Assembly: GCA_963708295.1 (NCBI GenBank)
Contig: CAVPSJ010000019.1
Span: 81,498-145,497 of the forward strand
Source of the DNA: an uncultured delta proteobacterium
Lineage (GTDB): Bacteria > Desulfobacterota > BSN033 > UBA1163
Direction: 5' to 3'
DNA: 64,000 nucleotides
In this document: positions 28,772 through 38,323 of the stretch, piece after piece
Layout of the letters: each line of letters opens with the position of its first letter
Numbering within the stretch: the first letter of the stretch is position 1
The notes under the pieces: model-generated
Seen by the model: the letters and a program-made list of their open reading frames with translations, nothing else
What the model was told of the DNA's origin: nothing
The model's database searches: none
Made by a program: the position numbers and the translations under genes

Positions 28772-30076
28772 TCACCTTCCAACACCACAATAATCAAACC
28801 CTAATTGCTTCATGTGCTCCGGGTCGTAGACATTTCTCAGATCGATGAAGACCGGGGCTCTCAGCAACCCTTTGATACGCTGAAGGTCCAGACGTCGGAA
28901 TTGATTCCATTCTGTCGCGAGGACCAACGCATCCGCTCCCTTCGCCACATCGTAGGCATCTTTTCCAAGTTCAACCCCGGGGAGAGCCGCTTTAGCTTCC
29001 TCCATGGCCGCCGGGTCGAAGGCCTTCACTTTGGCCCCCAGGTCCAAAAGACCCTGGATGATCACAATGGAAGAGGATTCCCGGATATCGTTCGTATTAG
29101 GCTTGAAGGAAAGGCCCAAAATCCCTATGGTTTTACCCTTCGGATCCCCGACTTTCTCTGTAATCTTGCCGATCATCCGCCTCTTTTGTCCCTCATTGAC
29201 TTCGATGACCGCTTGCAGGATTTTGAAAGAGTACCCCTTCTCCTGCGCGATCTTTGACAGGGCCCGGGTATCCTTCGGAAAGCAAGAACCTCCGTAGCCA
29301 GGACCCGGGTGGAGAAATTTTTTCCCGATCCTCCCGTCCAGACCCATCGCCCTTGACACATCGTGAACATCCGCCCCCACCTTCTCGCAGAGGTTGGCGA
29401 TCTCATTGATGAAGCTTATCTTGGTGGCCAGGAATGAATTGGACGCGTATTTGATCATTTCAGCCGTTTCCAGAGAGGTAATGACAAAGGGAGTTTCAAT
29501 CAGATAGAGAGCGCTGTAAATGTCCTTCATGATGGCAGCCGCCTGTTCGCTTTCGGCCCCCAGGGTAACCCGGTCCGGCCTCATGAAATCCTCTACGGCG
29601 GAACCCTCCCTTTGAAATTCAGGATTGGAAACGACATCAAAGGGAGTGGGTTTGGTCTGATGATCTTTGATCAGTTGTTTCAGACGACGACAGGTCCCGA
29701 CCGGAACCGTGGATTTCACCACTACCACCTTATAGCCATCCATGTTCCGAGCAATCTCCTTGGCCACTTCTTCCACGTACTTAAGGTCGGCAGAGCCATC
29801 GTCACCGGAAGGAGTCCCCACGGCAATGAAGATTACCAGACTCGATTTCACACCCTCCCCGATACTCGTTGAAAAAGAAAGCCTTCCTTCCCTCATATTC
29901 TTCGCGACGAGGTCCTCAAGCCCGGGTTCGTGGATGGTCACCTTCCCCTGCCGCAAGAGGTCAATCTTGGAGCGATCGTTATCCACACAGATCAGATTCA
30001 TTCCAAACTCGGCTAAACAGGCTCCCGTGACCAGTCCAACATAACCGGTTCCGACAATACAGATATTCATAGCCAT
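28772..30076 (-). CDS. ugd: UDP-glucose 6-dehydrogenase
   Basis: GTGYVGL, KSTVPVGT, SNPEF, GYGGSCFPKD and FKPNTNDIRES. Confidence 0.95.
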   Translation of the reverse strand: MAMNICIVGTGYVGLVTGACLAEFGMNLICVDNDRSKIDLLRQGKVTIHEPGLEDLVAKNMREGRLSFSTSIGEGVKSSLVIFIAVGTPSGDDGSADLKYVEEVAKEIARNMDGYKVVVVKSTVPVGTCRRLKQLIKDHQTKPTPFDVVSNPEFQREGSAVEDFMRPDRVTLGAESEQAAAIMKDIYSALYLIETPFVITSLETAEMIKYASNSFLATKISFINEIANLCEKVGADVHDVSRAMGLDGRIGKKFLHPGPGYGGSCFPKDTRALSKIAQEKGYSFKILQAVIEVNEGQKRRMIGKITEKVGDPKGKTIGILGLSFKPNTNDIRESSSIVIIQGLLDLGAKVKAFDPAAMEEAKAALPGVELGKDAYDVAKGADALVLATEWNQFRRLDLQRIKGLLRAPVFIDLRNVYDPEHMKQLGFDYCGVGR

Positions 30077-30091
30077 ATTCCTCCTCTTACC

Positions 30092-30976
30092 TCACCTGCT
30101 CATCGGATCAGCTGAGGGCCGGTGATAAGTGGAAAGGTAATCCTTCAGGGCATCGAACCACGGTCGCATCGTCCGTCCTGTCTCCTTTTCCAACTTTTGA
30201 CAATTGAGGACAGAGTAAGAAGGCCGGGCGGCCGGGCGGCCGAGCTCCTTCGAAGACATGGGGAGCACCTTCACCCGATGGATTCCCGAAAGGTTCAAAA
30301 TGGCCTGGCCGAAGGCATACCAGGTACAGATCTCACTGTTCGCGACATGAAAGATCCCCCGGGCGTCAGCCTGAATCAGATCGCGAATGGCTTTCGCCAA
30401 GTCAACGGTGTAAGTGGGCGACCCCGTCTGGTCATCGACAATGGAAAGCGTCTTCTTCTCTCCTGCCTGTCTGAGAATCGAGTCCACAAAGTTTTTTCCG
30501 AAGGGTCCGTAGAGCCATTGGGTTCGAATGACGACAAAGTCCCCTCCTCCTTCTTGAACGTATTGTTCTCCCTTTAACTTGGAATGGCCATAGACATTCA
30601 GAGGATGGGGAGGGTCACTCTCTAAATAGGGGTTTTTTTTCTCTCCATCGAAGACATAGTCGGTGCTCAGGTAAATCATTTTCGCGCGGCATTTCGAGGC
30701 CGCCAGCGCCACATGCCTCGTCCCTTCCGCGTTCACGCCAAAAGCCCTCTCCTGGTCCGATTCACACCCATCGACATCGGTGTAGGCGGCGAGATGGATC
30801 ACAACCTCAGGCCGAAGCGCCGCAATTTTGCTGACGGAGTCATCTTCTTTTCGGACATCTATTTCTTCGATATCCCAGCCGATGACCTCATCCTTCGAGA
30901 ATGCGGAACGGAGAATGCCCATCAGATCTCTTCCCAGCATTCCTTTCGCCCCGGTCACCAATATCGTTCGCCTCAT
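30092..30976 (-). CDS. rfbD: dTDP-4-dehydrorhamnose reductase
   Basis: GAKGMLG, STDYVFDG, YGHSK, DQTGSPT and RPAARPSYS. Confidence 0.95.
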   Translation of the reverse strand: MRRTILVTGAKGMLGRDLMGILRSAFSKDEVIGWDIEEIDVRKEDDSVSKIAALRPEVVIHLAAYTDVDGCESDQERAFGVNAEGTRHVALAASKCRAKMIYLSTDYVFDGEKKNPYLESDPPHPLNVYGHSKLKGEQYVQEGGGDFVVIRTQWLYGPFGKNFVDSILRQAGEKKTLSIVDDQTGSPTYTVDLAKAIRDLIQADARGIFHVANSEICTWYAFGQAILNLSGIHRVKVLPMSSKELGRPAARPSYSVLNCQKLEKETGRTMRPWFDALKDYLSTYHRPSADPMSR

Positions 30977-31039
30977 CTTCGAAGTGAATCCATTTCTCCC
31001 TTGGACGGCACCCTCGAGAAAATTGCCATCCGAGCGGTT

Positions 31040-31250
31040 AAAATCCGAAGCACGAAATTCGGGCGAAGCATCCCGCAGGGATCAATACGAAATAATTTGA
31101 GGCTCCTCGCCGACACACGGAGCTTCCCAGATACGTGGTCTCAATTTTACTGTTGTGCCCTCTCAGGGCGCGTTGCCGGCCAAAAACCAAATTCAAATGC
31201 TCCAAACTCACTTTGAAAATTGTGTCATTCGATATTCGGATTTGTTATTC
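31040..31250. repeat. 7-nt-period inverted repeat array with internal insertions
   Basis: AAATCCG AAGCACG AAATTCG .. AAACCAAATTCAAATGCTCCAAAC / TTTGAAAATT..TTCGATATTCGGATTT. Confidence 0.7.
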
Positions 31251-31264
31251 AACAAATGCACACT

Positions 31265-32281
31265 TTACCTATCTTCATACATGCGTTTGTAGTAGTCTAG
31301 GTATTCTCCTGTCTTGATCTTTTTCCACCATTCGGGATGAGCTTGGTACCATTCCACGGTAAGCCGGATCCCCTCTTCAAACGAGATAGAAGGCCTCCAA
31401 CTCAACTCTCTTTCGATCTTAGAGAAGTCAATCGCATATCGACGATCATGACCCGGCCGATCTGCGACAAATCGGATCAGGGAATGGGGTTTTCCCAATC
31501 GATCCAATATCGTTTTTGCCACCGCCAAATTTGGCTTCTCGCTCCGGCCCCCGACGTTGTAAACCTCCCCTTCTTTGCCATGGTGCAACACCACATCCAA
31601 CGCCCGGCAATGATCTTCGACATAGATCCAATCCCGTACATTCATCCCATCGCCATAAATGGGTAATTCTCTATCTTCAATGGCATTCGAGATCATCAAC
31701 GGAATCAGTTTTTCGGGAAATTGGTAAGGTCCATAATTATTGGAACATCGGGTGATGAGAGCAGGAATCCCATAAGTATGGTGATAAGCCCTGACGAGCA
31801 TATCCGCTGCCGTTTTACTCGCTGAATAAGGACTATTGGGCGCGAGGGGGGACTCTTCCGTGAAAGCTCCGGTCTGTCCCAGAGAGCCATAGACTTCGTC
31901 GGTGGAGATATGAAGAAAACGTATCGTTTGCTTCGAGAAAACCTTTCGCACCGCTTCGAGGAGGGTGAAAGTCCCGAAGACATTCGTCTTCATAAAGGCG
32001 CCGGGGTCTTCAATGGACCGGTCCACATGGGATTCAGCGGCAAAGTTCACGATGGCCTCCACGCCCTTGCGGACCAATTCCTCTATTCGAGGGGCGTCGA
32101 CAATGTCCCCTCTGATAAAATGATAACGGGGAGAATGGGAGAGATCGGAAAGGTTTTCCAGGTTCCCCGCGTAGGACAATTTATCGATATTAATCAAAGA
32201 ATAATCCGGGTAAGATTTCAGACAATGACGAATGAAGTTGCTCCCGATGAATCCGCAACCCCCTGTGACCAATATTTTCAT
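31265..32281 (-). CDS. rfbB: dTDP-glucose 4,6-dehydratase
   Basis: GGCGFIGSNF, AAESHVDRSI, STDEVYG, PYSASK, FPEKLIP and DRPGHDRRY. Confidence 0.97.
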   Translation of the reverse strand: MKILVTGGCGFIGSNFIRHCLKSYPDYSLINIDKLSYAGNLENLSDLSHSPRYHFIRGDIVDAPRIEELVRKGVEAIVNFAAESHVDRSIEDPGAFMKTNVFGTFTLLEAVRKVFSKQTIRFLHISTDEVYGSLGQTGAFTEESPLAPNSPYSASKTAADMLVRAYHHTYGIPALITRCSNNYGPYQFPEKLIPLMISNAIEDRELPIYGDGMNVRDWIYVEDHCRALDVVLHHGKEGEVYNVGGRSEKPNLAVAKTILDRLGKPHSLIRFVADRPGHDRRYAIDFSKIERELSWRPSISFEEGIRLTVEWYQAHPEWWKKIKTGEYLDYYKRMYEDR

Positions 32282-32338
32282 TTCCTTCTCACCTCTTCCA
32301 ACTATCCGACTCAGTCATCGCTGCCGAAGGAGCGGTCA

Positions 32339-32500
32339 AAACTCGAAATCCGAATATCGAGCGAAGCGTCCGTTTCGGACCAATCCGAAATATACATCAA
32401 ATTCAAATGACTAAATTTATGAAACATGCTTTGACTTCATCCCGAATTTGGCGCTTTTGCAATTTGGATTTGTTTCGGATTTCGTGCTTCGAGTTTGAAG
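32339..32500. repeat. 7-nt-period inverted repeat array
   Basis: AAACTCG AAATCCG AATATCG .. / TTTGGATTTGTTTCGGATTTCGTGCTTCGAGTTT. Confidence 0.8.
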
Positions 32501-32506
32501 TTCTTT

Positions 32507-32962
32507 TTATCCATCTTTTCTCGCCCAGTCATAAGGAACATCTTTCCCATGCGGGGGCAGACGGTACTCATCGGGCGCGCCGTGAACATAGACTTCCGTC
32601 GGAACGTTGATGATGATGGCTTCTTCCTCGCTGATGCATTTCCATCCATGATAGATCCCTTTCGGCACTTGAACCAACAGGGGATTGTGGACCCCGATGA
32701 AGAACTCATTCATCTCCCCTTTCGTCGGAGAGTCTTTGCGCGGATCATAAAGGACCAGTTTGATCATTCCCTGGATGGCACAGATGTGATCGGTTTGGAC
32801 CCTATGATAGTGCCAGGCCTTCACCACCTCGGGATAGGTGGTAGTGATATACACCTGGCCGAATTTCAAGAACAGGTCATCATCCGCCCTGAGGATCTCC
32901 ATCAGCCTTCCCCGGTCATCCGGGATCGCCCGCAACAACTTCGTCCTCACCCCTTGGATCAT
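32507..32962 (-). CDS. rfbC: dTDP-4-dehydrorhamnose 3,5-epimerase family protein
   Basis: DDRGRLME, VVKAWHYH, DPRKDSPT and VPKGIYHGW cupin motifs; rfb context. Confidence 0.9.
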   Translation of the reverse strand: MIQGVRTKLLRAIPDDRGRLMEILRADDDLFLKFGQVYITTTYPEVVKAWHYHRVQTDHICAIQGMIKLVLYDPRKDSPTKGEMNEFFIGVHNPLLVQVPKGIYHGWKCISEEEAIIINVPTEVYVHGAPDEYRLPPHGKDVPYDWARKDG

Positions 32963-32989
32963 CGCAGCCCCCTTACATTCCCTCATGAA

Positions 32990-33125
32990 TCAATTTCAAA
33001 CGTGAAATTGAACCCACACCTCAAATGCTAGAATGTTGACTTCGAAATTTGAAATTCATTTGCCTTTTGGATCTTAGACATTGGGCGTTCATTTGAAATT
33101 GGTCATTTAAAATTTGAAATTGATT
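32990..33125. repeat. 7-nt-period inverted repeat array
   Basis: CAATTTCAAACGTGAAATT..CAAATG / CATTTG..CATTTGAAATTGGTCATTTAAAATTTGAAATTG. Confidence 0.7.
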
Positions 33126-33127
33126 GA

Positions 33128-33856
33128 TCAAAGTTTGTTGGCTCCCGTTTGGGCCACCAGTTGATTTGCGCGAAGCAGGGATTCGAACGTCCCCGCGTCA
33201 GTCCACCACCCCTCTAAAATATCCCATGTCATCAGCCCTTTTTCAATATACTGATTGTTTACATCGGTAATCTCCAACTCCCCCCGGTCAGAGGGCTTGA
33301 GCGTTTTGATGGTGTCGAAGACCTGCTGATCAAAAAGATAGATCCCGATCACGGCATACCCGGACTTGGGTTCCTTGGGCTTTTCTTCGATTCCGGCGAT
33401 CCGATCCCCCTTCAGCTCGGCAACCCCGAATCGCTGCGGGTCGGAGACTTCTTTCAACAAGATCTTCGCCCCTCGCTCTTGTTTTCGAAAGTTTTCTACC
33501 GCCTTTCGGATATTTTTTTCGATGATATTATCTCCCAACACCACACAGATTTTCTCTCCGGAGGCAAAGAACTCGGCCAGCCGGAGAGCTTCGGCAATTC
33601 CTCCTTCTCCCTCCTGATACGTGTAGTTCATATGTTTGAGCCCGAATTCCTTTCCGTTTCCCAAGAGCTTCAGAAAGTCTCCGGCATTGTTTCCGCCCGT
33701 AACGATCAAGATGTCATCAATCCCCGCATTGATCAGAGTCTGGATCGGGTAGTAGATCATCGGTTTATCGTAGACGGGAAGGAGGTGTTTGTTGGTCACC
33801 TTGGTCAATGGGTAGAGCCGGGTCCCCAAGCCACCCGCCAGAATCACACCTTTCAT
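33128..33856 (-). CDS. rfbA: Glucose-1-phosphate thymidylyltransferase (short form)
   Basis: LAGGLGTRLYPLT, LLPVYDKPMIYYP, EEKP, SDRGELEITDVN and WTDAGT. Confidence 0.92.
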   Translation of the reverse strand: MKGVILAGGLGTRLYPLTKVTNKHLLPVYDKPMIYYPIQTLINAGIDDILIVTGGNNAGDFLKLLGNGKEFGLKHMNYTYQEGEGGIAEALRLAEFFASGEKICVVLGDNIIEKNIRKAVENFRKQERGAKILLKEVSDPQRFGVAELKGDRIAGIEEKPKEPKSGYAVIGIYLFDQQVFDTIKTLKPSDRGELEITDVNNQYIEKGLMTWDILEGWWTDAGTFESLLRANQLVAQTGANKL

Positions 33857-33878
33857 GAGTCTCCTCCTGAATCGTTGA

Positions 33879-36053
33879 TCAAAATCTCATAAGACTAGGC
33901 GCGCGTGCACTCGAGCCGAGATTCAAAAGATTGACATAAAAATGATACTTCACTTCCTTTTTCTGTGTTCGATCAGGAGACTCGTTTATACCCTCGACGT
34001 AAAAGCCCGCTGACCAGCACTGGGCCTGATAATACGCCCCGAAAACGGCCTGGACCCATGTTCCTTCCAAGAGGTTGTAGTAAAATGAACCAAACAAGTA
34101 CAGGGGTGGGATTGTCTTCACCCGGGCATCGAGATTGATCTCCCGAATGGTCCCCCGGGTGTCCCGATATTGTACCTGGATCGCATCATTTCTTCGATCT
34201 TTGGCAATGATCGCAAAATTAGCGATATCGAAATTCGTCTGGTAAGGGTTGAATTCTCCATCCCAATGAGCAGAAAGATAAGGTCCGAAATTTAACCATA
34301 GTTCTCCTTGAATGTTTGAAAAGGACCGGTTCTTCCCGCTCGAATCCGTGAATGGATCTCCGAGACTATAACTCTGAAAGATCATTAATTTCGCGTATTC
34401 AACGGGTCCTGAGTTCACTCCCACTTTTTCCGGCCTTCCTACAAGACGCTGGGTGATCCCGTAGGTGATCTGATTCGTGTAGGGGATCTGATCCACGTCG
34501 TCGTCGAATGCAGGAAGATCATCTTGATTCACCCGAGGGATGTAACTGTAACCCACGAAGGGTTCAAGGGTGTGCATCCATTTGTCCACATAGTATAGGC
34601 CCGAAAGCTTCGAGAAGGTTTCGGCATCATAGACCCGGTAAAACTCCGTTGACATCAAGGCATTCGCTTCTACCAGTTGTCTCGATCTCCACCCCTTGAA
34701 TGTGCCGGTGGGATCATTTTCACTACCGTAAACGGTTCCTCTCCATCCGACATCGGATTCAAACTTTAACACATTGAAGAGCCGCGTCGGAAGGGTTATC
34801 CGGGGAAAGAGATCTCCCCGGTTTGCCTCGATACCTTTCTCGCGCCAGAAGTTGGTATACGAGGAGGTCAGGTCAAAGAAAAGAGGAGTTTTAAAAAGGG
34901 ACTGGGGATGGGCATAAAAACTGATCTGTGGAAGTTTTTGAACTGTCGCATCGTTGCTGTCTTTGGTCAGATCATCGTAGACCGCAGTCTGAGCGACGAG
35001 ACTCGTATGGTCCCAGTTTTTTCCTCCGAACACAACCGATCGCAGTAGCCTCGCACTCCACGAATCAATCGCCTCCACCTTCGCGGTTGACGGAAAGTAC
35101 TCATCTGTAAAATCTCGAAGATACTCATGGTCGCTTACACGATTGATATCCGCCTTGAGATAAAAATCATAGGGAAGTTTTTGTTCGTGTTCAACAAAGA
35201 AGGAATATCGATTCTTATGGAGCTCCTGATCATCGATGAAGTTGACATTGACCTGTCCCCTCGTCTCTCGGCCGAAAGCGTACCGATACTCGAGGCCTTC
35301 TTTAAATCCCCGACTTCCCAAGTAATCGAAATAAAGCGTGGCATCCATATTTTTTGCAAAAGCCCAGTAGAAACCGTTATAGATTCTCGGACCCTCCGAA
35401 CTGGAATATCCCGCACGAGGGATCAGAAAGCCGGACTGCCGTTGCTGTCTTACGGGAAAGGCTCCCCAGGGAAAATAGAGAACCGGGATATCTTCGAGGT
35501 AGAAAATAGGCCCTTTGGCCGTCCCCCATCCTCCCAGCGCCATCTCTTTCACTTCCAATTCCTTCACACTGAATTTCCAGGGTGGCCGTGTCGCATCGCA
35601 GGTCGTCAACGAACCCTCCCGAATGCGATAGTGATTTTCCCCTAATTTCTCCACCTCCTGGCCAGTGATGTGAAAATTCTGTTCTTTCAAAAAAAGTCTC
35701 GCCTGATAAATCCTTCCCGATCGGGTGTCCAGATTGATTTCCAGGCGTTGACATTCAACCACATCTTCTCCTTCCCTCAATAGAACATTTCCCCACGCCA
35801 CCAGCTCTTTGGTCGCCATATTCAGCCGGCCGTGATCTGCCTTGAGAGAGAGATCTCCCCGGCTCACTTCCACTCGTCCATGAGCCTCATAGGTCTGGGT
35901 CTCCCTCTCATACGTGAGCTCATCCGCCTCAATGTCCACCGGTCCTTCTCCCTTCGTCGCACCCATGTCCCCTACTATTGAATGGGCAGGAGATGAAGCG
36001 GTGACGATGAAGAGAAGAAAAAAAAAGCCCAGGATGAAAGGGTGAGATCTCAT
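33879..36053 (-). CDS. lptD: LPS-assembly outer-membrane protein LptD
   Basis: Signal peptide from ATG 36053, OstA-like N domain (VDIEAD, TTCD..PPW), RQSGFLIP and a C-terminal barrel with QCW. Confidence 0.92.
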   Translation of the reverse strand: MRSHPFILGFFFLLFIVTASSPAHSIVGDMGATKGEGPVDIEADELTYERETQTYEAHGRVEVSRGDLSLKADHGRLNMATKELVAWGNVLLREGEDVVECQRLEINLDTRSGRIYQARLFLKEQNFHITGQEVEKLGENHYRIREGSLTTCDATRPPWKFSVKELEVKEMALGGWGTAKGPIFYLEDIPVLYFPWGAFPVRQQRQSGFLIPRAGYSSSEGPRIYNGFYWAFAKNMDATLYFDYLGSRGFKEGLEYRYAFGRETRGQVNVNFIDDQELHKNRYSFFVEHEQKLPYDFYLKADINRVSDHEYLRDFTDEYFPSTAKVEAIDSWSARLLRSVVFGGKNWDHTSLVAQTAVYDDLTKDSNDATVQKLPQISFYAHPQSLFKTPLFFDLTSSYTNFWREKGIEANRGDLFPRITLPTRLFNVLKFESDVGWRGTVYGSENDPTGTFKGWRSRQLVEANALMSTEFYRVYDAETFSKLSGLYYVDKWMHTLEPFVGYSYIPRVNQDDLPAFDDDVDQIPYTNQITYGITQRLVGRPEKVGVNSGPVEYAKLMIFQSYSLGDPFTDSSGKNRSFSNIQGELWLNFGPYLSAHWDGEFNPYQTNFDIANFAIIAKDRRNDAIQVQYRDTRGTIREINLDARVKTIPPLYLFGSFYYNLLEGTWVQAVFGAYYQAQCWSAGFYVEGINESPDRTQKKEVKYHFYVNLLNLGSSARAPSLMRF

Positions 36054-37342
36054 GATTTCCTCGCGGGGAGGAAATAGGCTCTCGCCTCCCCGACGGTGTA
36101 AAGGGATCCGGTAATGCAGAGGAGGTCTTCCTTCCGGGTTAGGGCAAGGCCTTTCGCAATCGCCTCCTTGAGATCTTCCACGGTCTCCGCTTTCTTCCCA
36201 TTCTGGTCCAAGGCCTTTTTGAGCAACCCGGGAGCCGCGGCACGGTCCGTATGAGGTCGGGTGAGAATGATGTGATCCGCGAGGGGAGCCAGAAGATGAA
36301 GCATGGAATGGGTGTCTTTGTCCTTCATGATTCCAACCAGAAGGATGAGGTGGTGATATTGGAACTCTTTCTCTAAAGACTCCTTCAGAGCAAGGGCTCC
36401 TGCCGGATTGTGGGCGCCGTCGAGGATGACTCTGGGAGAAGAAGAAACCAACTCCAACCTTCCCGGCCAATCGACCTCTCTCAAGCCATCGATCATCGCC
36501 GTTGTGGAGACCGGATATCCCAGATCTTCCAAAACCTCCATGGCACCCAGTGCCGTCGTCGCGTTGAGAACCTGGTGAAGCCCTTTGAGATTGAGATGAA
36601 TATCCCACAATTTTCGATTGAGACCTTCATAATCGAAATCTCCGTCTTCTCCCCGGATAGATCGAAATTCCTTCCCCACCCGGAAAAAGGGAGATTTCCT
36701 CTCCTGACAGATTTTCGAAAACAGACGAATCACCCGGGGCTGCGTGGCCGCTGTAATCAACGGCCTTCCCTTCTTGATGATGCCCGCTTTCTCTCCGGCA
36801 ATCTTTAGGATCGTCTTGCCCAGGTAGGCCTCATGGTCTTTCGCAACATTGGTAATGATGGAAATCAGCGGATCGACCACATTGGTCGAATCGAGTCTCC
36901 CACCTAGCCCGACCTCTAAAATCGCAAGATCCACCATTTTCCGGTTAAAATACGAGAGGGCCATCGCTGTGGTAAAATCAAAAAAGGTGAAGGGAGAGGC
37001 GATGCCCGCCGCTTCGATCTCTCTTCTCATCCATCCCGCCAGGGCCGCCACCTCTTTTTCCTCGATCTCTTTTCCGTTGACCTTGATTCGCTCGGTGAAT
37101 CGATTCAGATGAGGAGACGTGTACAGCCCCACCCGGTAGCCCTCTCTCCTCAGGATCGAACTCATCATCGCCGCCGTGGACCCTTTCCCGTTTGTCCCTG
37201 CGACATGGATGGTCTGAATTTCTCTGTGCGGATTTCCCAGGGCGTTGAGGATCTTCTCCACCTGAGCCAGTCCAAAGATCATTCCGAACTTCTCGAGATG
37301 GTAAAGATAGTCCAGCGATTTTTGATACGCGTCTCGGCCCAT
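36050..37342 (-). CDS. folC: Folylpolyglutamate synthase/dihydrofolate synthase
   Basis: VAGTNGKGST, YTSPHL, EVGLGGRLDSTNV, WPGRLE, DGAHN and TGSLY. Confidence 0.96.
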   Translation of the reverse strand: MGRDAYQKSLDYLYHLEKFGMIFGLAQVEKILNALGNPHREIQTIHVAGTNGKGSTAAMMSSILRREGYRVGLYTSPHLNRFTERIKVNGKEIEEKEVAALAGWMRREIEAAGIASPFTFFDFTTAMALSYFNRKMVDLAILEVGLGGRLDSTNVVDPLISIITNVAKDHEAYLGKTILKIAGEKAGIIKKGRPLITAATQPRVIRLFSKICQERKSPFFRVGKEFRSIRGEDGDFDYEGLNRKLWDIHLNLKGLHQVLNATTALGAMEVLEDLGYPVSTTAMIDGLREVDWPGRLELVSSSPRVILDGAHNPAGALALKESLEKEFQYHHLILLVGIMKDKDTHSMLHLLAPLADHIILTRPHTDRAAAPGLLKKALDQNGKKAETVEDLKEAIAKGLALTRKEDLLCITGSLYTVGEARAYFLPARKS

Positions 37343-37358
37343 GGACGAAGTCTCTCCC

Positions 37359-38213
37359 TTAGTTCCCGGGTTTGAGCATTTCTAATAAGGAGGCGAGTAT
37401 ATGTCGGAGGTCCTTCCGTTCTACGATCAGATCCACCATCCCATGCTCGAGAAGATGTTCCGCTCGCTGGAAACCTTCCGGGAGTTCTGCCCGGATCGTG
37501 TCCTTGATCACCCTGGGACCTGCAAATCCGATCATCGCCTTGGGCTCAGCAAGGATGACATCGCCCAGCATGGCGATGCTGGCGGAAACCCCGCCTGTCG
37601 TAGGATCGGTCAAAACCGAAATATAGGGAACTCTCGCTTCATGGAGCTTCGCCAGGGCCGCGCTGGTTTTCGCCATCTGCATCAATGAAAGGATCCCTTC
37701 CTGCATCCTGGCTCCCCCCGAGGCACAGAAGATGACCACACTCACTTTCTTCTCGACGGCTCGCTCAATCATGCGAGTGATCTTTTCTCCCACCACTGAC
37801 CCCAGACTTCCCCCCATAAAATTAAATTCGAAAATTCCGAGCATCACTGGCTGGCCTTCAATTCTCGCTTCCCCGCAGATGATCGCATCTTTGTGCCCGG
37901 TCTTTTCCTGGGATTCTTTGACCCGTGTAGGATAGCGCTTTGAATCCTTGAATTCCAAAGGGTCGCCAGAAACGATGTTCACATCGTATTCGACGAAAGT
38001 CCCGGGGTCCGCAACGCAATCGATTCTCCTCCGGGCAGGAATCTGGAAATGGTAGTTGCACTTGGGGCAGACTTGAAGGTTCCGTTCAATCACCTTCCGG
38101 TAAATCAGCTCATTACAAGAGTTACATTTCGTCCACAGTTGTTCAGAGGGCTTCAGTTCCTCTCGTCGATCTCTCTCTCTCCCCTCTTCTTCACCTTTCT
38201 TGAACCAGGTCAT
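37359..38213 (-). CDS. accD: Acetyl-CoA carboxylase carboxyltransferase beta subunit
   Basis: C4 zinc finger, FMGGSLGSVVGEKI, SGGARMQEG, PTTGGVSAS and GFAGPRVI. Confidence 0.97.
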   Translation of the reverse strand: MTWFKKGEEEGRERDRREELKPSEQLWTKCNSCNELIYRKVIERNLQVCPKCNYHFQIPARRRIDCVADPGTFVEYDVNIVSGDPLEFKDSKRYPTRVKESQEKTGHKDAIICGEARIEGQPVMLGIFEFNFMGGSLGSVVGEKITRMIERAVEKKVSVVIFCASGGARMQEGILSLMQMAKTSAALAKLHEARVPYISVLTDPTTGGVSASIAMLGDVILAEPKAMIGFAGPRVIKDTIRAELPEGFQRAEHLLEHGMVDLIVERKDLRHILASLLEMLKPGN

Positions 38214-38323
38214 TCTCTTCGGCCATCCCTTCTAGTCAAGTGATTTAACGTAACAAAATCACGGCGAGATGTCAATTCATTCTGCCTCTTTCTCTCTGAA
38301 TCCATTGAACATCCTACCCCTTC

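Noticed and set aside
36054-36608. Apparent 185-aa N-terminal extension of LptD
   Set aside because: Overlaps folC in another frame; the signal peptide starts at ATG 36053
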